Source of the DNA: a virus
Taxonomy: Duplodnaviria > Caudoviricetes
Virus record (IMG/VR): IMGVR_UViG_3300017754_001794
Span: 1 to 62,003 of that record
Strand: one strand, 5' to 3'
DNA: 62,003 nt
Of the stretch, positions 25,780-36,462 are shown piece after piece. Numbering within the stretch: the stretch's first letter is position 1; every line of letters starts with the position of its first letter. The notes under the pieces are model-generated. The model was given only the letters and a program-made list of their open reading frames with translations, was not told where the DNA came from and did no database searches. The position numbers were made by a program, and so were the translations under genes.

Positions 25780-27294
25780 ATGGCAACCAAGCAAGACAGC
25801 AACGCAACCGGCCTTCGCATTGCCGAAGAAGAAACCATTGGCGTTCTGCCAGTGTCCCCGGTCTGGATCCAACGCGAGCCCAACAGCTACGACGGCGACT
25901 TCGGCGCGCAGATCACGACTGTGGCCCGCATGCCCATCAACCAGTCGCGCCAACGCCGCAAGGGCACCATCACGGGCCTGGACAGCGCTGCCGGTTGGAG
26001 CGAAGACTTGACTGCCACCAACATGACGTCGCTCATGCAAGGCTTCTTCTTCGCCGACGCCCGCCAGCGCCCCAGCACCAAGCCATTCAACGGCACCCAG
26101 GTCGCCATCACCGGCGTGACCGCTGCGGACGACGAGTACGCTGCCGCTTCCGGCCTGGGCGTGTTCGCACTCAATCAGCTGGTGCTGGCCTCCGGCTTCG
26201 GCCAGTCAGCTAACAACGGCCTCGCCACAGTGCTTGCGGCAGACGCGGTGTCGGTGGGCGTCAACAAGGCGCTCGCCAACGAAGCCTCGCCCCCTGCCGC
26301 TGCCCGCCTGGACTGTGTTGGCCTGCAGTTTGCCAGCGCCGACGCTTCTATCAGCCTCAACGGCTCTCTGGTGCGCCTGGAAAGCGCTGCCCTGGATATG
26401 ACCACGCTGGGCCTGATCCCTGCGCAGTGGGTCTACCTGGGCGGCGATGCGGGCACCACCACCTTCGCCAATAACACCGGCTGGGCGCGCATTGGTGCCA
26501 TCACCGCCGACTACCTGGAGTTCGACAAGGTGTCGTGGACGCCCCAGGTCGAAGCCGGCACCGGCAAGACGATCCACCTGTACACCGGCACTGTGGTCAA
26601 GAACGAGTCGGACCCCGCCCTGATCAAGCGCCGCACGTACCAACTGGAACGCACCCTGGGCCGCGATGCCGTGGGCGTGCAAAGCCAGTACATCCCCGGC
26701 GCTGTGCCTAACCAGCTCACCATCAACATCCCGCAAGAAGACAAGGTCACGTTCGACCTCACCTTCGTGGCGCTGGACGACGAAAAGCGCACCGGCACCC
26801 AGGGGCTGAAGACCGGCACGCGGCCTGCGCTGCTGCCCGAAGACTGCTTCAACACGTCGCTGAACGCCAAGCGCCTGAAGCTGGCTTTGGTGACGCCTGA
26901 CGCCGCTGTGGTGCCCCTGTTTGGCTTCTGCACCAGCGCCACCATCACCGTCAACAACAACACGTCGCCCAACAAGGCGATCGGCGTGCTTGGCGCGTTT
27001 GAGATGTCTGTCGGCAACTTCGATGTCGGCGGCAACCTGGAAGCCTACTTCGCCACCGTGGACAGCGTTGCTGCAATCCGCGACAACGAAGACGTGACCT
27101 TCGACTTGATGCTGGCCGCGGACAACCAAGCCATCATCTTCGACATCGGCCTGCTGTCCCTGGGCGATGGCCGTCTGAACGTTGCAATGAACGAGCCCAT
27201 CATGCTGCCGCTGGAAACCAACGCAGCTGAAAACAAGTTCAACAACACGTTCCTCTACCAACAATTCCCCTACGTGCCGAACAAGGCACTTTAA
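25780..27294 (+). CDS. Major tail tube protein (with inserted domain)
   Basis: DSN.TGL..AEE...G, PNSY..FG, RQRRKG..T.LD; 504 aa; precedes the chaperone. Confidence 0.85.
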   Translation: MATKQDSNATGLRIAEEETIGVLPVSPVWIQREPNSYDGDFGAQITTVARMPINQSRQRRKGTITGLDSAAGWSEDLTATNMTSLMQGFFFADARQRPSTKPFNGTQVAITGVTAADDEYAAASGLGVFALNQLVLASGFGQSANNGLATVLAADAVSVGVNKALANEASPPAAARLDCVGLQFASADASISLNGSLVRLESAALDMTTLGLIPAQWVYLGGDAGTTTFANNTGWARIGAITADYLEFDKVSWTPQVEAGTGKTIHLYTGTVVKNESDPALIKRRTYQLERTLGRDAVGVQSQYIPGAVPNQLTINIPQEDKVTFDLTFVALDDEKRTGTQGLKTGTRPALLPEDCFNTSLNAKRLKLALVTPDAAVVPLFGFCTSATITVNNNTSPNKAIGVLGAFEMSVGNFDVGGNLEAYFATVDSVAAIRDNEDVTFDLMLAADNQAIIFDIGLLSLGDGRLNVAMNEPIMLPLETNAAENKFNNTFLYQQFPYVPNKAL

Positions 27295-27315
27295 ACCACC
27301 CGAAAGGACTTCGAC

Positions 27316-27759
27316 ATGAGCAAGGTTTCCCCACTCTACCAAACGTACCAGACCGACCCCGCGCTGGAGAAGAACGGCGTCTGGCTGGACTACGGCCTCA
27401 ACAGCAAGGGCAAGGAAACCCGCATTCTGGTGGCCCGCGCAGGCGGCGCCAATGAGCAGTACGAAAAGCGCATCGAAGTCCTGTACAAGCCTTACCGGCG
27501 CCAGATTCAGAACGAGACCATCGGCCGCGCCAAGCTCTTGCAGCTGAACCGCCAAGCCGCCGCCGAGTGGGTGGTCAAGGGCTGGGAAGAGATGGAAGAC
27601 GAGGCCTGCAACGACTTGTCGTTCACCCTTGAAAACGTGCTGGCTCAGTTCGAGAAGCTGCCTGACCTGTACGACGACGTGATGGCGCTGGCGAACAAGA
27701 TGGGCGCGTACCGCAAGCACCTGCAGGAAGAAGACGCAAAAAACTCGTCGACGTCCTAA
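27316..27759 (+). CDS. Tail assembly chaperone (gpG-like)
   Basis: TDPALEKNGVW.DYG...ARAGGAN; ends in a slippery site. Confidence 0.85.
   Translation: MSKVSPLYQTYQTDPALEKNGVWLDYGLNSKGKETRILVARAGGANEQYEKRIEVLYKPYRRQIQNETIGRAKLLQLNRQAAAEWVVKGWEEMEDEACNDLSFTLENVLAQFEKLPDLYDDVMALANKMGAYRKHLQEEDAKNSSTS
27738..27744 (+). other. Programmed -1 ribosomal frameshift heptamer A AAA AAC
   Basis: GCA AAA AAC near the end of the chaperone; the -1 frame is open through to 28130. Confidence 0.8.
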
Positions 27760-28130
27760 AGTACACGCTGGAGCAAGGGCCTACAGAAAAGGCCATTATC
27801 CAGCAGTGTTATGCAGAAGGACAGCCCTTGCCGGAGGCGATAGCAAACGCCCCCGAGCTGCTAGAGGGGCTGTCCTTTTTTTACGCAGCATTTTGGGACG
27901 TGAATACTTGTCGGAGCCTCGGCTTCGGCGCAGAGGGGCCGATCCCCTGGACAGCGGTTAGGCAGTGGGCCGAGGAGCACGAGCTGGAAGGCGACCAGCG
28001 CAAAGACCTCTTTGTGTACCTAGAGAAGATGGACGGGGCCTACCTGAAGTTCGTTGCGGACAGGGCGGCAAAGCGCAAGTCAATCGCCGAGGCCCAGGGC
28101 AAGCGCCCAGGCAAAGGCAAACGGGGGTAG
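27744..28130 (+). CDS. Tail assembly chaperone frameshift extension (gpT-like)
   Basis: The -1 frame reads LVDVLKYTLEQG...LPEAIANAPEL...FWDVNTCR...GPIPW; no ATG start of its own. Confidence 0.8.
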   Translation, partial: LVDVLKYTLEQGPTEKAIIQQCYAEGQPLPEAIANAPELLEGLSFFYAAFWDVNTCRSLGFGAEGPIPWTAVRQWAEEHELEGDQRKDLFVYLEKMDGAYLKFVADRAAKRKSIAEAQGKRPGKGKRG

Positions 28131-28131
28131 C

Positions 28132-28560
28132 ATGGCAAAGGCGTTCGGCAAACTGGGAGCAGACCTGCGGAGGCTTGGCGCCAACGTAGAGCGCAACGCT
28201 CCCAAGTTGCTGCGCGCTACCGCCCTCGCCATCGATAGCGCTGTGGTTACAGCCACCCCAGTTGACACAGGTCGTGCCCGCAGCAACTGGCAAGTCAGCA
28301 TCGGTTCGCCTATCCTCAGCGTCCGCGAATCCTACAGTCAGGGCGCCGCTGCCGGCCAGTTTGCCATGGCGCAGGCCCGTGCGGTGATTGAGGGCTACAA
28401 GAGCGGGCAAACCATTTTCATCAACAATAACCTGCCGTATATCGGCAGGTTGAACGACGGCTGGTCGGCGCAAGCGCCAGCCGGCTTCATCCGCTTTGCC
28501 GTCCTTGTGGGAGTCAACGCTGGCCGACAGTTTGGTAGTCTTTTGGAGAAGCGTGGATGA
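28132..28560 (+). CDS. HK97 gp10-like tail completion/neck protein
   Basis: TPVDTGRARSNW, NNLPYI.RLN.G.S.QAP.GF. Confidence 0.85.
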   Translation: MAKAFGKLGADLRRLGANVERNAPKLLRATALAIDSAVVTATPVDTGRARSNWQVSIGSPILSVRESYSQGAAAGQFAMAQARAVIEGYKSGQTIFINNNLPYIGRLNDGWSAQAPAGFIRFAVLVGVNAGRQFGSLLEKRG

Positions 28561-31500
28561 CGACCGAAACCTATGAGATTCGGGTGCGGGAGGACGGCTC
28601 CCGCGTTGTGAGCCGCAACCTGAACGAGACGGCGGACAGTGCCGACCGCGCGTCGCGTAGCATGAACCTGCTGGGCGACGCCATGAAGTCGCTTGCGGTG
28701 TACGCCACTGCCAAGGCAATCATCGGCATGGCTGACGCGGTGACCACACTGAACAACCAGCTGAAGCTGTCCACGGGCAGCGCGACCGCAGCGGCCAGCG
28801 CATACAAAGACCTGTTTGCCATTGCCCAGCGCGGGCGCGTCAGCTTCACCGAGCTGGGCACCACGTTTGCAGCCCTGAACCGGGCAGGCAAAGAGATCGG
28901 CGTCAGCCAGCAGCGCATGCTCACCATCACCGAGTCTGTTGCGAACGCAATGGCCGTTGGCGGCGGCAGCGCTGAGTCGATGAAGGCCGCGCTCGTTCAG
29001 CTGGGTCAGGGCATGGCCTCCGGTGTGCTGCGCGGCGAAGAGCTGAACAGCGTTATGGAGCAGACGCCACGGCTTGCCAAGGCAATCGCCGACGGGCTGA
29101 ACATCCCTATCGGCAAGCTCCGCGAGTGGGGCAGCGAGGGCAAGCTGACTAGCGACATGGTGATCCGTGCGCTGGAAAGTCAGTCCGCCGTCCTAAAGGG
29201 CGAAGTGGCCGGCAGCGTTATGACGGTGTCCCAGGCATGGGTCACGCTCAACAACGCCACCACCGTAGCGGTCGGACAGTTTGACGCTGCTACAGGCTTC
29301 TCCAAGGCCCTTGCTACGGCTGTAACCGCCATCGGCACCGCCATCACGGCAACGGGCAAGGCGTTCGAGGACAACGCAGTAATTATCAAGACGGTGTTTG
29401 GCGCGCTGGCAGGCGCTGCAGCGCTCGCAACGCTGGCGGCCATCCCTGTGGCTATCGCCGCCATTAAAACCGCCGTGGTGGCCCTTGCGGTGGTGCTGGC
29501 GGCTAACCCCGTAGTCCTGGCGCTGCTGGGCATTGGCGCCGTCGTGGGGGGCGTGCTGGCGTACAACGCGGCCACGGAGAAAACCGTGGACGGTATCAAG
29601 CGCACCATTGCAGAGCTGGAGAAGCTGAACGCCACCGGCCCCGGCATCTACAACCGCAGCGCCAAGGATATGGAGCAGTACAACGCGGCCACGGAGAAGC
29701 GTAAGCAACAGATCAAAGAGCTGCGCCAAGAGCTGGTCCTGCTGGAGTCGCCCAAGGTGGACACCACGGCTGAAGATGCGCGCTTGGCCCGCAACTCGCA
29801 GATGATTAAACAGCAGGCTGCAGACGCTGAGGCCGCTAACAAACTGCGCCTGAAGATTTCCGGCGTGCCCGCCAACTACGTGGAAGAAATGAACGAGGTC
29901 ATCCGCCTCAACCAATCCGGCGCGCTTGTGGGCAAGGAGTACGACGACGTTATCAAAAAAATGCAAGAGACGTTGCTGAAAAAGACCGAGGGCACCAAGA
30001 AGGTAAACGCCGAAGAGAAGAAACTGCAAACCACCTATGAGGCCTTGATGGGCCAACTGCGCGACCGGCAAGCGGTGTACAGCGCCGAGGGTGAGGCGCA
30101 ACGGAAAATGACCGAGGCCGAGCAGTTCCGCGAGAAGGTGCTGGTGTCGCTGAACAACGAGCTGAAGAAGCTGTCGGAGACGCAGAAGGCCGGTATCAAG
30201 ACCGCACTGGACACACTGGTGACGCAAGAGCGCAACAACGGCATGCGCGAGCTGGAGGAGCGCCTGCTTGGCAAAGTAGAGCAGGCCGGTGCCGGCTATT
30301 ACGACCAGCTCAAGCAGATTGAAGACGCGGCTGCACGCGGGTACGACCCCGAGAAGATTGAGCGCATGCGTGAGGCCCTGGAGGCCACCACGCCCGCAGC
30401 GCAGAAGCTGGCCGCAGCGATGGCCGCCTTTCAGCAGGCACAAGACGGCATGGCAAAGAGCGCCCGGTCGTGGCAAGACAACATTGCGCAGATGGCCGCC
30501 GAGAACGCAGCCATGCGCGGCGGCTTGCAAGACCGCTCTGTCGACGAACAGAAGATGGTGACGGCTGAGTACCAAAAGCAAAAAGAGCTGACACAGATTG
30601 AAAACACGCTGCGCGAAAAGACGGCGTCCGCGCAAGAGCGGTTGAAAAAGTCCATGGCTGAGGCTGGCCCCAACCTGACGTCGGCCGGTGCGGCGGAGAT
30701 GAAGACGCAAACCGACTCGGCCATCGCCAACTACGAACGCATTGCCAACCTGGACCGGCAAGCTGTAACAGACAACACGTTCTTGAAACTGCTGTCGGGT
30801 TACATCAAAGACGTGGATGCCGACGCGGGCCGTGCCGCAGACAAACTGGCCCAGTTGGCAGAGGCCAGCGGCAACATCAGCTTCGCCAACGGTATCGCGT
30901 CGTTGAACACGCTGGTGAAGTCCATGGACGAGCTGTTCAGCAAGCAAAAGGCTTTCGACAAGTTGCGCAAGGACGCGGGCGATGACCAAGAGGCCATTGC
31001 CAAGATCAACGAGAAGCAGGCCCAGTCCACCATCAAGGGCTATGGTGACATCGCTGGCGCCATGAAGGGCTTCTTTAAGGAGGGATCCAAGGGCTACAAG
31101 GCCCTGCAGACGGCTGAGAAGGTGTTCCGTGCCTTCGAGATGGCAATGGCCCTTAAATCGGCTGCCGTGCGCATTGCCCAGGAGATCGGAGTAACCACAG
31201 CCCGCGTGACTGGCGACGCCACGGCTACGGCCAGCGCGGTCACCAGCAGCGCCACCATCGTGGCCGCCAAGGGTGCCGAGGCCTCTGCCAGCGCCGTAGC
31301 TGCTGTGGCTAACCAAGGCACCGGCGACCCCTACACCGCCTTCCCTCGCATTGCGGCCATGATTGCCATCATGGCTGGCATTGGCCTGCTCGTGGGCGGT
31401 GGCGGCGGTGGCAGCGGTGTGCAACCCAGCAACCAAGGCACCGGCACGGTGTTCGGCGACAAGGACGCCAAGTCTGCATCTATTAACAACTCGTTGAGCC

Positions 31501-34448
31501 TGCTGGAAGATGTTAATACGCTCACCATGCAGTACAGCGCGCAGATGGCTAAGAGTCTGCGCAACATTGAATCGGCACTGACCGGCGTTACCAATATCAT
31601 CCTTCGTAGTAACGGGATGGCCCTTTCTGCCGCAGGCGTGAAAGAAGGCACTACGATTGCAGAGGGCAAGTTGTTTCTGGCCGGCATCGGCGGCATCGTA
31701 AAAAGCCTGCCTATCATCGGCAAGCTCCTTAGTGCACTCTTCGGCACCAAAACCACTATCACGGGACAAGGCGTGATGGCTAATGACGCCTCCCTGCAGC
31801 AGATTGCGGCTGGCGGCCTGTCGGCCGGTTATTACACAGACGTCAACAAGAAGAGCAAGTTCTTGGGCATCACAGTGTCAGACAAGGACTCTACGCAGTT
31901 CGATGAAAGCTCAGAGCTGTCCCGGCAGTTCAGCGCGGTCATTAACGGCTTTGTGGAAAGCATCCGGTCGGCTGCGCCGATCCTGGGCGTGTCGCTGGCA
32001 CAGATCGACGCCAACCTGGAAGGGTTCATTGTTAAGATCGGTAAGATCGACCTGAAAGACTTGAAGGGTGACGAGATTAAAGAGAAGCTGCTGGCTGTAT
32101 TTGGTGCAGCCGGCGACGACATTGCCATGCAAGCGCTCAAGGGCTTCGAGAAGTATCAAGAGGCCGGCGAAGGTTACCTGGAGACTGTGGTGCGTGTGGC
32201 TATGACGGTAGAGCGTGCGCGTGGCGCGGTGGACAGTCTGAACAGCACCATGAGCTTGACTGTTGACGGTGCGATGGAACTGGTGGAAGCCTTCGGCGGC
32301 CTGGAAGCCTTCTTGCAGACAACCAGCTCTTACCTCAATGGCTACTTCAGCGACGAAGAGCGCCGCGACACGCTGGCGCGCCAAGGTAGCGCGGCGCTGA
32401 AGACCAAGGGCATTGATCTCAGCCCCGACAAGGTAAAGGACCTGACCAAGGACGACATTAAAAAGTTTGTGACAAGCCAAGAGGGCGACAAGGATAACTA
32501 CGCCTGGGCGCAAAACTTCGCCGTGCAAATGCTTCCCATGTTTGAATACTCGGAGGCGCTTGAAGACAACAAGGACAGCGCTACCGAAGCCAAAGACGCG
32601 GTGGACGAGCTGACCAAGGCATACGACGACGCAGTCAAGACGCTCAAGCGCAGCATCGGTGACACACAGATTGCTTTGATGCGTGCCAACGGCAACGAGG
32701 CCGGTGCACGCGCTGCGGAGAAGTCGCGCTTCTTTGCCGAAATCGAAGTGCATGGACCGTTGGACCCGGTTCGCAAGAAGTATCTGGAGAGCCTGTACGA
32801 CGAGAAGGTGCGGCTGGACGACCTGCTGACCGAGCGCAACAAGGTGAAGGCGCTTGAGGACGAAAGCGTGCAACTGCAGATCCAGTTGGCCCAGGCTGTG
32901 GGCGACACTGCCACTGCGACGGCGCTGCTGACCCGTGGCATGGGCGAGGCCGAGCTTGCACAGTACAAGCTGAACCAAGGGCTGAAGACGCAGCTCGAAG
33001 TGTTGCAACTGATCCCGCAGGTTGCTGGCATGTACGCAACGCCTGAGCAGACCAATGCAGCCGGCTACGCCAACGCGCAGGGCCTGCTGAAAAAAGGCGG
33101 GCTGGACGTGTCTATCGGCCAGCTCATGGCCCTCAGCAAAGACGACATTGCGAAGTTTGTGGTGGCGGTGTTTGGCGACATTAGCGTGGACTCGCAGAAG
33201 TACCTGTTGCAGGCAGCGCAGGCCCTGGGCACGGTAAAGGACGCGGCGAAGCAACTGGCTGACGGCAAGCTGGACGCGGCCTGGGCAAAGTTCGAGAAGG
33301 CGTATGACGACGAGAAGCAACGCCTGGAGAAGAGCATTGACACGCTGAAGGGTGTGTTTGACTTCTTGGAAAGCAGCGCAAAGGACCTCTACCAAAGCGT
33401 CCAGACCACCAGCGACCAAGCCGCCAAGGCCGCGCGCAAGTTCATCGCTGACGCAGCCGCTACGGCCCGCGCTGGCGGTGTCCTGCCCGAGGACAAGGCC
33501 ATGCGTGAGGCTGTGGCTAGTATCAACAGCAACTTCGACGAGAACCTGTATGCCACCCAGGCAGAGGCCGACCGTGACCGCCTTATTCTTGCCGGCCAAC
33601 TGTCCGACCTGCAAGACGCTGCGGGTGTGCAGTTGAGCGTAGAGGAGCAAGCGCTTAAGAAGTTAGAAGAAACGTATGACACGCAATTGGCTGCATACGA
33701 GAACGCGAAGCGGCACCTGGACGCCACGTACGAGGGGAATGCCACGCTGGTGACAATTGAGTCGGCCATTGCCGGCCTCAGCGCGGCCATTGCCGGGGCC
33801 ATGGGGGCAGGCGGCGGGGCTGGGGTGCGCCCAGGTGCCACCGGGGCCGCCAAGGGCACGCCATGGGCCGCTGCGGGCCAGCAGGCGGGCGCGAACTGGG
33901 TGGTCAATGACACCAACACCTACGGCTACGACAAGTCGACGCAAGACCTGTACAACGGTGCCGGCACTTCGTGGTCGCAAGAGCTGCTGCGGGCGGAGGG
34001 TGAGAAGTTCTTGACTAGCGGCCAGGACGAGGCGCTCTACGGCATCCTCAAGGGCGGCGGCTTCAGCTTGGCGGAGTGGGACAACGTGCTCGGCCTGGGC
34101 GCAGGCAGCGCAGAAGCCTGGGCACGCGCCAACGGCCTGGACGTGTTCCACCGTGGCACGCCCTACGTACCGTCTACCGGGCTGGCGCTGCTGCAGCAAG
34201 GCGAAGCGGTGTACAGCCGGGACACCAACCCGTTCACGGGCGGCGGCAGTGGCAGCGTCATCCAAATGCTGCTGGAGCGTATTGCCTACGCAATCGAAGA
34301 GCAGGGTGTGCAGTTGGACACCATTGCCGAAACCAACAAGACCATGTCGGACGGGCAAGACGACTACACGGAGCAGGGCAACGGCGCCCGCACGGTCATC
34401 ATGAACGTTGACGAACTTGCTGCCGCCATCGTGGCAGCGCTGCCGTAA
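28557..34448 (+). CDS. Tape measure protein (1963 aa)
   Basis: Tape_meas N-terminal motif QLGQGMASGVLRGEELNSVMEQTP; helical and Ala-rich; follows the chaperones. Confidence 0.93.
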   Translation: MTTETYEIRVREDGSRVVSRNLNETADSADRASRSMNLLGDAMKSLAVYATAKAIIGMADAVTTLNNQLKLSTGSATAAASAYKDLFAIAQRGRVSFTELGTTFAALNRAGKEIGVSQQRMLTITESVANAMAVGGGSAESMKAALVQLGQGMASGVLRGEELNSVMEQTPRLAKAIADGLNIPIGKLREWGSEGKLTSDMVIRALESQSAVLKGEVAGSVMTVSQAWVTLNNATTVAVGQFDAATGFSKALATAVTAIGTAITATGKAFEDNAVIIKTVFGALAGAAALATLAAIPVAIAAIKTAVVALAVVLAANPVVLALLGIGAVVGGVLAYNAATEKTVDGIKRTIAELEKLNATGPGIYNRSAKDMEQYNAATEKRKQQIKELRQELVLLESPKVDTTAEDARLARNSQMIKQQAADAEAANKLRLKISGVPANYVEEMNEVIRLNQSGALVGKEYDDVIKKMQETLLKKTEGTKKVNAEEKKLQTTYEALMGQLRDRQAVYSAEGEAQRKMTEAEQFREKVLVSLNNELKKLSETQKAGIKTALDTLVTQERNNGMRELEERLLGKVEQAGAGYYDQLKQIEDAAARGYDPEKIERMREALEATTPAAQKLAAAMAAFQQAQDGMAKSARSWQDNIAQMAAENAAMRGGLQDRSVDEQKMVTAEYQKQKELTQIENTLREKTASAQERLKKSMAEAGPNLTSAGAAEMKTQTDSAIANYERIANLDRQAVTDNTFLKLLSGYIKDVDADAGRAADKLAQLAEASGNISFANGIASLNTLVKSMDELFSKQKAFDKLRKDAGDDQEAIAKINEKQAQSTIKGYGDIAGAMKGFFKEGSKGYKALQTAEKVFRAFEMAMALKSAAVRIAQEIGVTTARVTGDATATASAVTSSATIVAAKGAEASASAVAAVANQGTGDPYTAFPRIAAMIAIMAGIGLLVGGGGGGSGVQPSNQGTGTVFGDKDAKSASINNSLSLLEDVNTLTMQYSAQMAKSLRNIESALTGVTNIILRSNGMALSAAGVKEGTTIAEGKLFLAGIGGIVKSLPIIGKLLSALFGTKTTITGQGVMANDASLQQIAAGGLSAGYYTDVNKKSKFLGITVSDKDSTQFDESSELSRQFSAVINGFVESIRSAAPILGVSLAQIDANLEGFIVKIGKIDLKDLKGDEIKEKLLAVFGAAGDDIAMQALKGFEKYQEAGEGYLETVVRVAMTVERARGAVDSLNSTMSLTVDGAMELVEAFGGLEAFLQTTSSYLNGYFSDEERRDTLARQGSAALKTKGIDLSPDKVKDLTKDDIKKFVTSQEGDKDNYAWAQNFAVQMLPMFEYSEALEDNKDSATEAKDAVDELTKAYDDAVKTLKRSIGDTQIALMRANGNEAGARAAEKSRFFAEIEVHGPLDPVRKKYLESLYDEKVRLDDLLTERNKVKALEDESVQLQIQLAQAVGDTATATALLTRGMGEAELAQYKLNQGLKTQLEVLQLIPQVAGMYATPEQTNAAGYANAQGLLKKGGLDVSIGQLMALSKDDIAKFVVAVFGDISVDSQKYLLQAAQALGTVKDAAKQLADGKLDAAWAKFEKAYDDEKQRLEKSIDTLKGVFDFLESSAKDLYQSVQTTSDQAAKAARKFIADAAATARAGGVLPEDKAMREAVASINSNFDENLYATQAEADRDRLILAGQLSDLQDAAGVQLSVEEQALKKLEETYDTQLAAYENAKRHLDATYEGNATLVTIESAIAGLSAAIAGAMGAGGGAGVRPGATGAAKGTPWAAAGQQAGANWVVNDTNTYGYDKSTQDLYNGAGTSWSQELLRAEGEKFLTSGQDEALYGILKGGGFSLAEWDNVLGLGAGSAEAWARANGLDVFHRGTPYVPSTGLALLQQGEAVYSRDTNPFTGGGSGSVIQMLLERIAYAIEEQGVQLDTIAETNKTMSDGQDDYTEQGNGARTVIMNVDELAAAIVAALP

Positions 34449-34457
34449 GGAGGCATT

Positions 34458-35411
34458 GTGGCTACAGAACTTCAGGGGGTGCGGGTCCTGGTGCCCGTCA
34501 CCATTACGTCAGCGATGCTGAAGACAGGCACCACGCTTGCCGAACCCGACTTGCCCACAGGAGAGGTCGCCTGGGTGGCGGCTAACACCTACGCGGTCGG
34601 CGACAGCCGCACGTACGACGGTGTTATCTACGATTGCGTGCGCACCGTCAACCCAGCGCGCAGCACCATCCCAAAAGAGGACGCGCAATACTGGACACCC
34701 ATGGGGCCGACTGCACGCATGGCACCGTTCGACGACTACGGCACCACGACTGCCAAGGCGACCGGCACACTGCGTTACGTCATACAACCGGGCGGCCTTA
34801 TCACGGGGTCGCAGGCGTACAACCTGCAAGGTGACACGTACCAATATGACATCTACGACGACCTGGGTGGTACGCTGCTGAAACGCAAGACGGGCAGTCT
34901 GTACGCCCAGGCGGCGGGCCTGTGGGAACTGCTGTTTGAGCCGCTGCCCAAGGTCAACCGTATCACCATAGAAGACTTCCCCATGGCACCGAAAGCCGTG
35001 GTAGACGTGCGGGTGACATCTTTGTCCGCGCTGGTGCCTGCCAAGATTGGCGACATCAAGGTCGGGTCGTGGCGCTTCTTGGCCGTTGACGCAAAGTGGG
35101 GCCGGCCCGAGTACGGTGCCAGCATGGAGCGCAAGTCCAACGCATACCGCAAGGACAACAAGGACGGCACGTATTCGCTAGTCCGCCGCCCATCCTATCG
35201 TGAGGTGAGCTTTACTGCCATACTGCCGCCAGAACAAGCCATGTATGCAGATGCAGTCCTTGAAGAGATCACCGACGTAGCTGTGCCCGTCGAGGTGGTC
35301 AATCTGCCGCAGTACGATTACCTCAATACAATTGGGTTCGTCAGCGGCACTGTCAAGGCCGATAACTACGGGGAAACCGTGCTGGACCTCAAAGTCCGGG
35401 GGAACATTTAA
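34458..35411 (+). CDS. Tail tip/distal tail protein with a small carbohydrate-binding-like (CBM5/12-type) insert
   Basis: WVAANTYAVGDSRTYDGVIYDC motif; directly after the tape measure. Confidence 0.6.
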   Translation: MATELQGVRVLVPVTITSAMLKTGTTLAEPDLPTGEVAWVAANTYAVGDSRTYDGVIYDCVRTVNPARSTIPKEDAQYWTPMGPTARMAPFDDYGTTTAKATGTLRYVIQPGGLITGSQAYNLQGDTYQYDIYDDLGGTLLKRKTGSLYAQAAGLWELLFEPLPKVNRITIEDFPMAPKAVVDVRVTSLSALVPAKIGDIKVGSWRFLAVDAKWGRPEYGASMERKSNAYRKDNKDGTYSLVRRPSYREVSFTAILPPEQAMYADAVLEEITDVAVPVEVVNLPQYDYLNTIGFVSGTVKADNYGETVLDLKVRGNI

Positions 35412-36461
35412 ATGCCGACGATTTATCCACCAACCACCATCAGCGCCATCCCGCCCTTCCCGGCGCTGTCCCGGCGCGTTACGGGGGAATACAACGACAT
35501 GGCGTTCGCCTTTGGCGTACACATGGGCGGTGACGGTGCCGCAGTGGTGTCGGTGTTCGTGCCACAGATGAATGCGGCGCTGGTGAACGCGAACGCCAAT
35601 GCTACCGCGTCCTACGACTATTCGGTGCTGTCGCAGAACGCCTACGCACTGGCAGACGCGGCACGGGTGGCCGCCCAAACAGCGGCAGCGTCTGCGGTGG
35701 GTTCTGCTGCGTCAATGTCCACATCGACAACCAGCATTGCAATCGGCTCCGGCGACAAGGTGTTCACGCTGGTAGAGTCGGGCAAAGACTATTCGCCTGG
35801 GCAGACGGTGGTTGCTGCTGTGACGGCCAACCCGGTACTTAGCATGCAGGGCTTTGTCAAAGCCTACGACAAGCCCAGCCGCCTATTGACACTGACGTCG
35901 CAAACCTTTTCCGGCAGCGGCACCTTCGGCGCGTGGTCAATCTCGGTAAGCGCAGCACCGACCAACATCCCGCGCTTTGCGTATGAAGACCGGGCTACTT
36001 TGCGCAGCATGGCATCGCCCGAAGGCACGGCAGCGCTTGTGTCGGGACTGGGCCTGTTTACGCACTACGTTGGTTCAACCGAACTCGATGACGACGAGTC
36101 CTGCTTTGCCACAAGTTCGGGCCGCTGGCTGTTGCTGGCGGTAGATTTTGAGCTGGTGGACAACTGGCTGTCCACCATGGCGGTGAGCGACAACACGGGG
36201 CGTATGCTGTTCGGGCGGGTCTACTCGTCTGTTGCCACTGTGGGCGCTGGTGCCGTTGCCAACATACTTGCCTACGTCGACGGTGCTGATGTAGGTGACC
36301 GAGTGTTGGTGTGCCCAGCACGCCTGCAGACGTCTGGTTCCGGCTTCATGAGCGGCGTTGTTACCGCGCCGGGCACAGTCAACGTTCAACTCTTCGGCGG
36401 CGCGTCTGGTCTTAACTCGGCCGACGGCTTCTACCTGATCACCGTGTTTAAGGAAACCTAA
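35412..36461 (+). CDS. Tail fibre/spike protein
   Basis: Ala-rich stalk followed by the STTSIAIGSG.K.F beta-rich module. Confidence 0.65.
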   Translation: MPTIYPPTTISAIPPFPALSRRVTGEYNDMAFAFGVHMGGDGAAVVSVFVPQMNAALVNANANATASYDYSVLSQNAYALADAARVAAQTAAASAVGSAASMSTSTTSIAIGSGDKVFTLVESGKDYSPGQTVVAAVTANPVLSMQGFVKAYDKPSRLLTLTSQTFSGSGTFGAWSISVSAAPTNIPRFAYEDRATLRSMASPEGTAALVSGLGLFTHYVGSTELDDDESCFATSSGRWLLLAVDFELVDNWLSTMAVSDNTGRMLFGRVYSSVATVGAGAVANILAYVDGADVGDRVLVCPARLQTSGSGFMSGVVTAPGTVNVQLFGGASGLNSADGFYLITVFKET

Positions 36462-36462
36462 T

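Noticed and set aside
29193-33650. Long antisense ORFs (858 aa, 579 aa) opposite the tape measure, and similar ones opposite the tail tube, primase, polA and helicase
   Set aside because: Shadow ORFs expected from GC-rich codon bias; no RBS or motifs; they fully overlap well-supported genes.
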